This document shows, piece by piece, positions 24,156-35,335 of a stretch of 64,000 nucleotides of DNA (position 1 is the first letter of the stretch; every line of letters begins with the position of its first letter). A program made the position numbers and the translations under genes. The notes beneath the pieces were generated by a model. The model worked only from the letters and a program-made list of their open reading frames with translations, was not told the origin of the DNA and searched no databases. The DNA comes from Fistulifera solaris (taxonomy: Eukaryota): the NCBI GenBank assembly GCA_030295235.1, contig AP026124.1, positions 1,240,001 to 1,304,000 on the forward strand. The letters run 5' to 3'.

Positions 24156-24355
24156 TGTTATTACTAATGGATAGCAAGGGTTGGAGGCTTCGATTCACTG
24201 AAGATGCAAATGGACAAACGTGTGAAAGAAGACAAAGAAGAAAATGGTCATCCGTCGCTGGTCATTGGACAAACGACAAACACAAACAGCATCCAAAAAT
24301 AGTACATAGGGTCATTTGCGATTCATGTGGAATGTGGATGGCTACGGCCGTAGGG

Positions 24356-24382
24356 GTCTAGCGTCTAGCGTCTAGCGTCTAG
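24356..24382. repeat. (GTCTAGC)n microsatellite, about 4 copies
   Basis: gtctagc gtctagc gtctagc gtctag, read directly upstream of paralogue 1. Confidence 0.85.
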
Positions 24383-24759
24383 ATCAACAATGATAAAAAA
24401 TGACAAATGACACCAACTACTCATTGCCTTGTAGATTGTCCGACACTTGTATGTGGATTGGGAATGGAGGTTTGGGGTTAGATCAGCGAACGAAAGAAAA
24501 GTTTCCTCTGAATAAATAGACCTGTACAAGTAATCTAGTTTCTAATTTACGTGTTTAGGAAAGCGAGTTTGTTGAGCTTTGGGAGAGGGCAGATTGTTGA
24601 CCAGAACTTCGACTAGCGTCCACTAAAAGAAAAGTAAGGTTTACCAGACACGGCTGAGCGCGAAACTTATCGTTATAAAGGATTCTAAATGAACAGGTTA
24701 AAGAGGGAGATACACTGCTTCGGATTTTAGAAGTAAGTTCAAAAAGAACTTGAGACAAA

Positions 24760-25311
24760 TCATACTGGATCAGGAGCTTTTCCTGATACTTGTGAAACGT
24801 ACATATTGTACGTCGTAAATCTCTTGCCGGTGACCCAAATGAAAGCAGTTCCATCTCCTCTGGAGCTGGTATTGAAAGAACAAAAAATCGTGCCCGTAAA
24901 AGCTGATCCTTCGATCTTTTCTGCCCTGCACTTTGAATCCGTATTGATGCTTCCCCGGAGACGAGGGTTGAATCGACTGTTCATATTCACTTCCAAGAAA
25001 GCATTTGCGCCAAACTTGTCTTCTTGATACACCACGCCTACTATCAATTCACTGACATCTTTGGTAAATTTGACCTTGTAGCCTTTTGTTTCTCCTGGTC
25101 GAATTTTGGCTTCTTGGAAATACACTTCTTTGTCGTACGTAACGACGCCCAAATCAGCGAATCGAAGAGTGAGTAGGCCGCCAAGAAATCCGTTCAATAG
25201 TCCTTTTCGACCCTCGTCAAAATAATTAAAAGCTGATTCAATCTCTTCTTGAGCCCGCCATGCTGCTGCCACGAATAGTAGCAGAACAAAAATGAAATTT
25301 GATCTGATCAT
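24760..25311 (-). CDS. Small secreted protein, PPC-like beta-domain, paralogue 2
   Basis: 183-aa ORF with a signal peptide. Shares FDEGR, KFTxDVS, NAxLEVNM, INTDxxCR and RGDGTxxIWVTGKxFT with paralogue 1. Confidence 0.8.
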   Translation of the reverse strand: MIRSNFIFVLLLFVAAAWRAQEEIESAFNYFDEGRKGLLNGFLGGLLTLRFADLGVVTYDKEVYFQEAKIRPGETKGYKVKFTKDVSELIVGVVYQEDKFGANAFLEVNMNSRFNPRLRGSINTDSKCRAEKIEGSAFTGTIFCSFNTSSRGDGTAFIWVTGKRFTTYNMYVSQVSGKAPDPV

Positions 25312-25601
25312 TGTTTATTGTTGCGAGTCGATGCAAATTCCGATTTGTGGTGAGAGGTGACGGAGGAACGAATGATCATCGAATGTTGTGAAGCGGTCAT
25401 CATCGGTCATTTTCACGACACGCCCAACGAAAATTACTCCGTTTGAATAGTATTTTGCGTGTGTATCATTGTACCAACTGAGAAGTGTCCCTGCAGAAAT
25501 AGTGCCTTAACCTTTGCGTAGCAAGCATCTACATCTGTCTACACTTTCTAAAGTTACACGTCAACGCGAGTTCGTTGAAAAAATGAACGAGGCCGACGAC
25601 G

Positions 25602-27280
25602 ATGTCATCCTTCATCATGACACACACTCGCCATGGCTTTGATGTAATGCTCACATCTGATAAATCGTACTCTGCATCAGTAGATTGGCGCGAAAAGCGT
25701 GAACGACAAAAAGAAATCAACAAAATTCGAAATCGTCTTCATTCGATCGAATACGATGTGGTGCAATTTCTGAAACCTTGTCTAAGAGATGTCAAAGCTA
25801 AATCAACTGTGATGAAAACTTGGCCCCTGTTGGCAAATCAACGATGTGGAGCGTGGTACACCGGGTCTTTGACGAAGAGCAGCTGCTATTTTAAAAGCGT
25901 TGATGGCCATGTCGGAACGTGGAATTTCAGTCTGAAACGACTCAATCTCGAAGTTTTTCGATCGGCACGAAAAGCAGGTGGCTGTTGGATTGTCGATGCG
26001 TCTCGCTCTAAGGAAATGCCGGATAGCTTTTCGAGAACGATCCCCATTTGGGCTGCTGTTCTGAACCGGATTATTCTAAAATATCGACAAGCGCACAAAA
26101 CTAGAGGTTGGGACCGATCGCTGTATACTCCAAACACGATATCACATGAGGAGCGCGACGCAATCATCGCGTTACTAGATGCTCGAGTAGAAGAACTGTT
26201 CACCAGCGGTGTTATTTTGCAACCGAACGAACTGGCGCAATTGAACAAACCCTTGCGACCCGTCTGGATTACCGAGGATACAGTTAATAACTGCGACGAG
26301 ATGCAGCATCTTGATGAACTTGCCAACAACTACTGCCTTATTGTTTGTGTCAGCTGTGGATTTCGGTCGCACCTTCCAAAAGACATATCATTCACGTACT
26401 CATCGGGTGCAGGTGATGATGACGAGTCGTGGTCGAGAGGATTGACACCCGACATCTTCTGCAAGAAGAAGAGTGCTATTTTGAAACTTTCAACCAATGA
26501 TCAAGTTGAAGCACTTGTTGATCAACTTGTGATTGCAGCCAAGGACGAAGATACTGGTGACGACTGCAGTTTCCATGCGATTGGCGAAAGTGGAATATTT
26601 ATCGGCACTCGAAGAGCTGGGAAGCCCCCGAGTGTTGGGAATGCTTTGATGCTATTCTAAACGTTACCACGCTAGAGTATGAGGAAATGGTTTCTGAATC
26701 TCCGTTACCCGAGTCGCATTATTATTTACAGCTGCCGGTTGAGGAAGGTAAACGCGATAAAACGGAACTCGAGCGCTGGCTTGCTGTGGGAATCACATTT
26801 ATTTGCTTTCACCTTGTTCAAGGTCGAAGAGTTCTTGTACATTGTGCTCAGGGACGCGACCGGTCAGTGGCTGTCGTGTTGGCGGCGGTGGTGCTGTTTT
26901 CTGACGGTGAATTAACTACGCTGAGATCTAACCTAAAGATGCATGGTATCTTAGATTTTGTGGCTAGGTGGTCGCAGGAAAGTAACTTGAACAATACAGA
27001 TCGACTCTTTTACAAACAGTCTGGTCTGACAAAAGTTTGCGTCGAATCCCTGATGGGACGCGCGGGTCGAGACAAGCTTCTAGACTGGTGCAAAGAATCT
27101 TTTGGCCCATCTGCGACAACATCACTTCCAACAAAATCGTCGATCCGTATCGCTTTACAAATGGTCCAAGCGCACCGGCCGATGGCATCACCAAGTCGCA
27201 ACACGTTGCAAAAACTGAATCGATTCTTCATGAGTGACCGGACGATGTATGACTCTAGTCCTAAACATCTTTCAGATTAA
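25602..27280 (+). CDS. RIT1: Initiator tRNA A64 2'-O-ribosylphosphate transferase with C-terminal DUSP-like domain
   Basis: Motifs IRNRLHSI, ANQRCGAWY, YFKSVDGH, WNFSLKRLNL, IVDASR, MPDSFSRTIPIWAAVLN, GAGDDDESWSRGLTP and HCAQGRDRS. One missing base in a C-run near 26625-26629. Start is uncertain. Confidence 0.88.
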
Positions 27281-27391
27281 ACACAAAACAATATGCTATG
27301 TTTAATGTAGCAGAGCTAGTTCGACTTAAGCCTACGCGCGACTACATTCAGTCGTGTTGACAAGGCAAAATCGATCAAGAGTAAGTGATGT

Positions 27392-28104
27392 TTAGTTGGC
27401 GCCAAGGATATCCATAATTGGAACAGATCCGGGAAGGGCCTTCATGGAGAAGAGGGACGCCATGGCGATCATGGCAGCTCGTCCGTTCCTGAAAAAGAAG
27501 AGATATATTTGAGAATCACGATCAAAAAAGCTAAAGAGTTCTCAATTCTTCTTCGAATATACTTACTTCATCTCAACATCCTTGTAGCGAGCCATCTTTT
27601 CTGGCGACATCTTGTTCTTGAGGCCCAAATAGTCAAAGTTGAGGTTACCCTGGTCGGCCTTGGTCGACTTTCCTCGGAAGTTATCACCGGTATGTCCGAC
27701 GCTCTCTCCTTCGGCGATGGAGATGAAAGCCAAAATCATTCCGAACCAGATGGGTTGTTCCGTGGCGAAAACCCCAAGGGCTTTCGTCCAGTCGCTCTCT
27801 TCCGGAAATCCAGGAAAGTGTAATCCGAGTCCCAAGCCGTCCGTGCTGGTAGCCCAAACACCCGTCCATGCAAGCATAGCTTGACGTCCGTGCTTGATTT
27901 CAGCGGCTTCCAAGAACTGCTTTTCAGGGAACATGTTGGGGAAAGTATCGAAAGCCTTTCCGGAACCCAACTCATACAACCCCATAGGGTCCCAGATTTC
28001 CGCTTTCGCCTGAAGGGCAGAAGACTTTGCCACCGACGAAGCCGGGGCAAAGGCAGCGGCACTGGCGGCCAGAGAGAAATCACAGCAATCGAGAATTTAG
28101 ACAT
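27392..28104 (-). CDS. Light-harvesting (fucoxanthin-chlorophyll a/c) LHC-family protein
   Basis: WDPMG, EIKHGRQAMLA and E-MKNGRAAMIA across the intron at 27566-27489. Bipartite plastid signal ASAAAFAP after restoring one base near 28070. Confidence 0.92.
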
Positions 28105-28364
28105 GGTTATGGTCAAGGAAGAATCAATAGGCAATGCTTGATAGTGTCTTTCGAACGCAGAATTAACACAGCCAATCCTTTTCTCGTTGCACGACGAGCA
28201 ACACACGGAAATTATACGTGACGTTGGAAGATCGCAAGGATCGCCTTCAACTTTCATTGATGGGAACCGGTAGGACCTGCATTTTTCGAGGTATTCCCAT
28301 TACTGGTACCATTGCCATTTGCCACTCGGTTTTGGATATATCCCCAATAATTTTGTAAAGTACG

Positions 28365-28438
28365 GTACCAGAAGTGGTACTTTAGGCGTAAGGCTTGTAC
28401 TACGCCTACACAAAATTGTAAAGTACCACTTCTGGTAC
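28365..28438. repeat. Perfect 20-bp inverted repeat with a nested 8-bp hairpin
   Basis: gtaccagaagtggtacttta (28365-28384) and taaagtaccacttctggtac (28419-28438), with inner taggcgta/tacgccta. Confidence 0.9.
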
Positions 28439-29125
28439 TTTACGAGAGAAATCTCTACATAAAGTTTCCTGTAGAAATCCTACTACAAACCATTTATAAT
28501 TGCCAGTCACGTTTTATTTTGTCACGTTTGCGCGACGCAACAAGGTAAAGAAGCCAATAAATACAAACTAGTCATGTGAACTTGGCAATCGACAATCGAC
28601 GCGATCACCGGTACCGGTACCGGTACCAGGTACCCTTGGTCTCTCATTTTTTCTGCTTTCGCTGTTTGGGGTTTGGGTTCATCGGCCTATGCACCGTTCA
28701 ATGACTAATTATTAATTATTCCTCGATGAAATAAAGTCATTCATGATTGTAGTTGTCATCGATCATCTTGCTGTAAGTAACGAGAACCGAACTCAATCAA
28801 AGCCATTATAGTCGACATAGGAGATGTAAGATGTATTGAATATTGAATGCTCTAGATAGACGGTCGCTTAAAAATGAATTTCAATGTGTGAATGAGAATC
28901 TGGGGTGTAGGTGTGGGACGCGAGACGAGGCCTTTTTGCTTTTTGTAATTGTTCCTGTACTTGGGTAGTAGTCTAATCTTGAAATTAAAATATGTGTTCG
29001 GTTTTCCTCTCTGTCTATAGAGACTGTGCCTCTACTAGACGGTAATCTCTCTCTCCAAATCCTCTAGCTAGAGCTTGTTAAAAAGAATGGGGCTGGGCTG
29101 CTGGGCTCCGTTCTGGAAAGGACGT

Positions 29126-29178
29126 AATTCTGCCTCCCAGTACAAGATTCTACGTAGAGTCTACTACGAGGCAGAATT
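29126..29178. repeat. Imperfect hairpin/inverted repeat
   Basis: aattctgcctc ... gaggcagaatt (11-bp arms) enclosing the near-palindrome agattctacgtagagtct. Confidence 0.7.
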
Positions 29179-29570
29179 TTATCGCCGTTCCCTCATCCTG
29201 TATCCTGTATCCTTTATCTTTGATCATTGATCAGTGCTTGCGCTCTGGAAACAGGATTGATTGGGCTAGTCCCTTACGCAGTAATCAGAAATTCCGATAA
29301 ATCCAGTTTGAAAAGTACTATGGTTTTGCAAGTTCGTAATAGCATCATTTTGATTCTTGGTTCTTGGTCCTTTGTCCTTTGGTCGTTGATCTTGGAACTT
29401 GATCTTAAAGGCCCAGGCAGACATTAAACAGCCTAAAGAATCAGGATTTATTTAGGTATAATGACAATGACTAATGACCAGTGATAAGTGACTGGGCGGT
29501 ATAAGAAACCAGTAAAAACTATACCCTACTACGTACTCGTATTTTTGTTCATCGTCCATCGTACCAGTAA

Positions 29571-31667
29571 ATGATTCGCAAGTCGCAAGCTTTTGTTTCT
29601 CAAAGATTCACGATGAACAAATCGTCCATGTCGACGGCATCAAAAGCACTCTATTTTCCTGACATGACGGGTAGGGAATCGCAATCTATTTCTTCAGGGC
29701 GAAAGCTGATCGACTATACGAAAAACAGGGCTAGGTTTGTTGGGGAGAGAAGAAAAAAAAGGAGTTCGATGTGCTCCGATTTTCAGACGACAATCGACAG
29801 AGCGGTTACAAGAACAACTGAAGAGGATCAAGAGGCAACGTCGATTTCTACAGCAGGCTCTACAGACCTCATTGTGTTTTACGTGCCACGTCAATACAGA
29901 CGGCGAATAGATGAGGACCTCGAATCTCTAGTTGACGAAAATAAAGAGGATTGTGACATGCATGCAAACGAGTTGGAAGAAGATGTTGTGTCTCAAGTGT
30001 CCGAGTCAGAAACTCCCTCTGAAGGCGCTCACTTTGGGTATTTACCTGGTGCAATTAGACGCGTTGCTGATCCATTAAATTCTCCTCGTCCTCCACGGGC
30101 CTCTTCGAAGAAAATTGTCGAAGACGATGATGAGAGCATTCGAAGTCTTGGTAGTGCTACTGATAAGGACCAGTCTTCCGTTTGTCACAGCAGCTTGAGC
30201 GAGTGCTCCACCCATGCGACAAGCGCGCCAAGTCAAGATAGTTCGTCAGTGAGGAGCTTCAGTTGCAGAAGTGTTCGAAGTTATGAGAGCTTGCAGCTGG
30301 GGCTGCTGAGTCACGAACTTCTTAAACAGAGGGGCGTAATTAGAGAAAACAGTCAGAGCAGCGTACTTTCGGGCTCCTTTCATAATCATGAGGAGAAAAG
30401 TGTGAGAAGTGCGTGCAGCCGTAGTGCTACAGGTCGAAGTTTGGATAGCGTCGCGTCAAGTCTTCTACGAACCCCAAACAGTCACAATCGGGGGAAAACC
30501 CACGTGAACCGGACTCTGAGTGGAGGTTATCATATCAGATCAAATCATGTTCATACACCTTCAAGTGTTAAGAAATCCAAATATCTGCTTGCATTCGCTT
30601 CAAGTAATAGCGATCGAGAAGTGTCGCAGAGATCAGCACGGTCGACTGGCGGTACCAAGTCGGGACGAAGAGAAGAGAGAACCATCTCGTTGAACGATTT
30701 TTTTAGAAAAGAAGAAGTTAAACGCATCAATCCAGACATTTCCAAGCAGCCGAAAAGTGCTACTCAAAAGCTTAGTCCACAGAAGAAAACAATTTTAGGT
30801 GAAATGACGCCTCGCAGAAAGCGTGTGAACTCAGATGCGAGTGCACCAGAGACCCCTGTAACTGCCAGCATGACCAGTCAGACATTGTCCACTCCAAGTA
30901 CTAGAGGCGGGCTGTTGCGCACTTTCAGTTTTAGTGACAAAGGCAACACGATCATTGCAGAGTTGAACCAGACGTTGAAGCAGGGGCTATTGAGCGACCT
31001 AAAAGACGATGACGATTGTACAGATGATGCCAGTGTTGCGAATTCTGAAGCACTAGCATCCCTTATGGATGGTTTGCGGTCAACGTCTATGTCAAGCAGG
31101 ACGCTAGATGTATCCAGTGCTCATAGCCTTAGCGACTTATCCAGCCGTTTGGACGTTGCTTCTATGGCCCGTAGTGCAAACGAAAAGCCTTTGCTCCATA
31201 GATCTCATTCGGATTCAGACTTTGATTCAGATTCATTTGAAAGTTATATTGATAGCATGGAGCAGATGATGAAGGCTCTCAAGAGTAGGTCTGGGGAGGT
31301 TTTACAAGCGCCAACAGAAAGTTTACTTCGGACGACAGAGAACTTTGAAAAGAAATCAACATTTGAAGACGAAACAAACGTTTTCGAGCAAAATCGCCGT
31401 AGCGCCGGATATCAAGAAGCGACACTTGTGGCCGCAATGGTGGAGCGCCAGGGGGATGCTGGTTACATAAGTCGAAAAGAATCGAGAAAGCACCAGGATG
31501 GCTTCATTCTTCTAAAATCTTATGAAACAAATAAGCTGTCGGTCAAGTCCACACCTCCACCAGCTGGTTTCCTTATCCAGCCATACGCGTCGCCGATGAG
31601 AAGGCTACCAAGAATCACTCTGCCCTTCGCTCCAATCGATTGCCGAATAATTTTTCATAAACAGTAG
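29571..31667 (+). CDS. Ser-rich, probably disordered hypothetical protein
   Basis: 698-aa uninterrupted ORF with no recognisable domain. Confidence 0.7.
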   Translation: MIRKSQAFVSQRFTMNKSSMSTASKALYFPDMTGRESQSISSGRKLIDYTKNRARFVGERRKKRSSMCSDFQTTIDRAVTRTTEEDQEATSISTAGSTDLIVFYVPRQYRRRIDEDLESLVDENKEDCDMHANELEEDVVSQVSESETPSEGAHFGYLPGAIRRVADPLNSPRPPRASSKKIVEDDDESIRSLGSATDKDQSSVCHSSLSECSTHATSAPSQDSSSVRSFSCRSVRSYESLQLGLLSHELLKQRGVIRENSQSSVLSGSFHNHEEKSVRSACSRSATGRSLDSVASSLLRTPNSHNRGKTHVNRTLSGGYHIRSNHVHTPSSVKKSKYLLAFASSNSDREVSQRSARSTGGTKSGRREERTISLNDFFRKEEVKRINPDISKQPKSATQKLSPQKKTILGEMTPRRKRVNSDASAPETPVTASMTSQTLSTPSTRGGLLRTFSFSDKGNTIIAELNQTLKQGLLSDLKDDDDCTDDASVANSEALASLMDGLRSTSMSSRTLDVSSAHSLSDLSSRLDVASMARSANEKPLLHRSHSDSDFDSDSFESYIDSMEQMMKALKSRSGEVLQAPTESLLRTTENFEKKSTFEDETNVFEQNRRSAGYQEATLVAAMVERQGDAGYISRKESRKHQDGFILLKSYETNKLSVKSTPPPAGFLIQPYASPMRRLPRITLPFAPIDCRIIFHKQ

Positions 31668-32022
31668 ATTCATGATTCATATTATGGAGCATTTTTTAAT
31701 AGGTTGGTACGACGCCCGACTTGGTAGAAAAGTGCTTTTGTTATACTTGAGTATCCATATATTGCTATTACGGATGCGATGGTACTCTAGTTGTTGGCGT
31801 CATGACTGAAATTCAGTCGTGGTATAGTAATGTTGCGCATACTATCTGGGTTCATAGTAATTTTTTCTTCGTTTCTGACGATCGAGTGACAATGAGGACG
31901 AGGTTTTGCAAACGATTTGCTATACATTTCTCCTAGTGATTTGATAACCATATCGGTTAGACTAAATGCAGTGAATTTCTAATAAATCTCCTTCATACTT
32001 ATTTGGAAGATATTTGTAATCG

Positions 32023-32832
32023 ATGGAAAGCTCGCCAGGTCCTTCCGGTGGCTGGTACAGTCGGCTTCAATCGGGAGGACATCCGCCTTCTGTCGCTGCA
32101 AAGAATACGGCGTGTTCTTCTTTACCGCGCTTCCCTTTCTTGGAATTAACGGAGGAGCTACAGCATCATGTGCTTTCGTTCATAGCAGATGCTCCTTTTG
32201 AGTCTCTTGGTAACGAAGACGCAAACGCAACTCTGACTGGCGTTCTTCCGCTTGTTTCAAAGCACTTTCAGAAAATAAGCAGAAGCAATCTACTGTGGAA
32301 GGCTGCATTTTACCGCGCAATTGAATCCGATGATGTGTGGAAGCGCGCGGCTAGGAATCGCAGCTTACAAATTCCTTCTAGATCCGGTAACGATGATGTA
32401 GACTTTCGAAGTCTGTATCGACGTCTCTATCATGAAGAGATAGCTTTCGCTGGACCTGTTTTTGTCATGGGAATGGAAGATGAAGAGATTCCAGAGAGGT
32501 ATAGCTTGTATCTGTTTGAACCTCGGTATCGCCTGATGGTAGAACGGTTGCTAAACATTCACGATGAGTGGCAAAGAAATGCAAATGCAAATGAAGATAG
32601 CGGATCGTGCCCTCCTTTGTACTTTCTTCATGCACACCGTGGTCTCGGCTGTCAAGGAGGTCAGCCTTGTGTTGCTCTACTCGTTGAGATCATTAGGTGT
32701 ATGGGCATGCCTACGGGTCATTATGATGTAACTCTTCAGGTCAACGCGATAGTTCGTCTCGAGCGCTTTTGGATCGAACCGAATACGGGACATCTGTATC
32801 ATGCATATGGGCGGAAAATTCAGCTCGTGTAG
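32023..32832 (+). CDS. F-box protein with a Lon N-terminal (PUA-like) substrate-binding domain
   Basis: F-box-like LTEELQHHVLSF...LVSKHFQKISRSNLLWK, and the LON-N signature LYLFEPRYRLMV. Confidence 0.7.
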   Translation: MESSPGPSGGWYSRLQSGGHPPSVAAKNTACSSLPRFPFLELTEELQHHVLSFIADAPFESLGNEDANATLTGVLPLVSKHFQKISRSNLLWKAAFYRAIESDDVWKRAARNRSLQIPSRSGNDDVDFRSLYRRLYHEEIAFAGPVFVMGMEDEEIPERYSLYLFEPRYRLMVERLLNIHDEWQRNANANEDSGSCPPLYFLHAHRGLGCQGGQPCVALLVEIIRCMGMPTGHYDVTLQVNAIVRLERFWIEPNTGHLYHAYGRKIQLV

Positions 32833-33080
32833 CATTTGTTTGCTAGTGTAGTGATTCAAAACTTCTAGCTCATAAACGGCTCACGAAGTAGAATACGGTG
32901 AGTATTACGACACTTCTTTGGTGAAAATGGTCTCCCTAATAAAATAAGTACTGCATTTTTAGTCTTTCAATAGCCACTGCTATCATTCAAAAAACTCACT
33001 ACCGCGAAAGCAGGTCATTCTCGTCGGGTGAGCAAGAGAGTGCTTCTCCGCGAACATCCTCGTGAAGCGTGATCGGTCAT

Positions 33081-33427
33081 TCACCATTCAATCTTCTTAG
33101 GTAATTGAATGCTTTTCAAATTTTCGGTCAAGTCTTTTCCAGCCGGGGTCGTTTGAGATTGAATCGATCCCGAGCGTGATCGACCTCCAACAGGAATTTC
33201 ATCGTCATTATTAGTTGAAGCCTGTCAGCAGATGAAACACAAGTCAGGAATGTTTGCGGAGATTCACTTCCAACGGTAATCGTGTTTTCGCGATTACTCC
33301 GAACAGTGTGCTTTCATCGCCAATCACTCACCTTCCACGCCATCGTCTCACGGGAGTCTTGCAGTAAAAGGCTGTCTTCTGCGGACAAACGTCCTGATGT
33401 ATCGAATTGGTATTGTCGCTTATCCAT
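33081..33427 (-). CDS. Putative 78-aa two-exon protein of unknown function
   Basis: ATG 33427, AAG|GTGAGT donor at 33331, CTGAC branch-like sites and a CAG acceptor at 33222. The second exon is in frame and ends PKKIEW* at 33081. Confidence 0.45.
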
Positions 33428-33813
33428 GATGTTGTTGATTGACGTCGGTTGTTGAAAATGTTGTTGTGTCCTTTTATCCATTCGCGCAATCGCCGGAACA
33501 GCGAGCAGCACGCATCACGCTTGCTAAAACGAAGACGACGTCTCCGTCGCGGCGTCAAAAAATGCCGTATGTTCTCCCTTCGACTGTAGTCCTTTGAGTA
33601 TATTTTAACGTAAACGTTAAACATATCGAAGTCAATTTCTTGGCAACGTAGGATTACGTGGTCGGTCGCTTACAGCTTACAGCACAGTGCCGACGAACAA
33701 CAGTGCGACGTCGTCCGCGACATACATTAGCTTCCATCGCAAAAAAACGATAACGAAAACTGCGAAAAAGCAACGACCGATTTATATCGAAGAATGTACC
33801 TTTCCTGATCAAC

Positions 33814-34911
33814 ATGCATTCGAATATAGAAACAAGGTATGATGCGTCCGATGAACGTATCATGGCAACAGCTGGAGATGCGGTGACTACGAAGTTTGCT
33901 ACGGTTCAGGCGGGCTATTACAAAGATCCATTCATTGCTGCATTTCATAACGCTCCATCCATTCTCGGGAGACGACGAACTAACCAAAGCAAGTCCATTC
34001 AAGTCATTATCAAGCGCGGGACTTTTGCACGTGTGTGTTGTATAGAGAAAACGATTGATAGGTTTCTGGGTTTGATTGAGCCTTCGCAAATCGCGCAAGT
34101 AGTTGTTTTGGGGGCAGGAAAAGATACAAATTACTTTCGGCTTATACAAAGCAGGCTAGGACCGAATATAGCATTTGTTCGCTGGGCTGAAATCGATCAT
34201 ACCGCTATATTGCAGGAAAAATTGTCTGTTATTGACGACAACAGTGCGCTATTCAACGTAAAGCAATTTGAGAATGGTGAATTCATTGAGCTCAGGTCAA
34301 TTGATTCAGTGGCTCAAGACAGATCCAATTGTGTGATAATTGCTCATGACCTAAAGTCAGGTACTGACCTGTTAATACAAAAAATGATTCGGAGTGGTTT
34401 GGATCCAGAGGCCCCCACATTATTCGTCTCCGAGTGTGTGTTTATGTACATGCCCGATAACGAGACGCGACGTTTACTATCAGCACTAAGCGCTACGTTT
34501 CGAAACTCATGTGTTTGCCAGTACGAACCGATAGTCGGGAATGGAGATCCGTTTGGCCAGATGATGGAGGAGAATCTGTCGAAAGCGGGGGTGGCTGGTG
34601 CGGACTCTGGGCTACTCAAAGTCCGATCGAATCAAGATCATGTCAATCGGCTCTACCAAGCGGGCTATACAATATCTACTGCGTGTGACATGTATGCTGC
34701 TTATGAAACAATAATGACTAATCAACAACGGCGTCATGCGAGTCGATCGGAATTCTTAGATGAGCTTGAGGAATTCGTTCTGATCATGAAGCACTACAGT
34801 TTTTCCATGGGAAGCACCAGCGAATTCTACATTGGGCGGAATCTATGCATGTTGGGAAAAGATTCACGGCTTGGTTTCGACGAAAAGCGGTCGATAGCTA
34901 GAATCGAGTGA
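33814..34911 (+). CDS. LCMT1: Leucine carboxyl methyltransferase (PPM1/LCMT family)
   Basis: Motifs GYYKDPF, IIKRGTFAR, QVVVLGAGKDT, PTLFVSECVFMYM, DPFGQMM and LDELEEFVLIMKHY. No kelch domain, so LCMT1-like rather than LCMT2/TYW4. Confidence 0.88.
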   Translation: MHSNIETRYDASDERIMATAGDAVTTKFATVQAGYYKDPFIAAFHNAPSILGRRRTNQSKSIQVIIKRGTFARVCCIEKTIDRFLGLIEPSQIAQVVVLGAGKDTNYFRLIQSRLGPNIAFVRWAEIDHTAILQEKLSVIDDNSALFNVKQFENGEFIELRSIDSVAQDRSNCVIIAHDLKSGTDLLIQKMIRSGLDPEAPTLFVSECVFMYMPDNETRRLLSALSATFRNSCVCQYEPIVGNGDPFGQMMEENLSKAGVAGADSGLLKVRSNQDHVNRLYQAGYTISTACDMYAAYETIMTNQQRRHASRSEFLDELEEFVLIMKHYSFSMGSTSEFYIGRNLCMLGKDSRLGFDEKRSIARIE

Positions 34912-35335
34912 GTTTGGTATCTTGCAAACTATACTTGATGGGGGTAAAGCCTCGACGAACGACTCTTTGACTCTTCTGCTCTTGTAGGTAAAGTTCCCAG
35001 TCCAAGGAGGTTATGTTTTATTAGCGAGATATGTCATTGTTATTATTGGGTCCAGATTTTGTGATATGAAAGCGTCCTTTACTTTCTCAGAAAAATGAAA
35101 TGACAAATGATGTAAAATACGTGAACCAGTATTGTGGTCATGGGTCATGGGACTGGATTTGTCTGTCTTCCAAAATCTTCGATGTTGTTCTTCCGTCAGT
35201 CGTGCTCGTCAGCGTGTCAACTCTCGCATTCGTGTTTTCGTGCTTCGTTTGCACATTTGCAATTTACTTGTAGCATAGAAGTTTACAAAAAAAGACCCGT
35301 CCATTGAAACAAAACAACCAACCGTATTCGTTAAT

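Noticed and set aside
28219..28224. TGACGT (aureochrome/bZIP-type box) upstream of the LHC gene, and TGTGATGACG twice upstream of desaturase B
   Set aside because: Plausible, but too short to distinguish from chance without conservation or binding data.
33814..34911. TYW4/LCMT2 assignment, which would add to the tRNA-modification cluster
   Set aside because: There is no C-terminal kelch domain, and the size fits the PP2A methyltransferase LCMT1.
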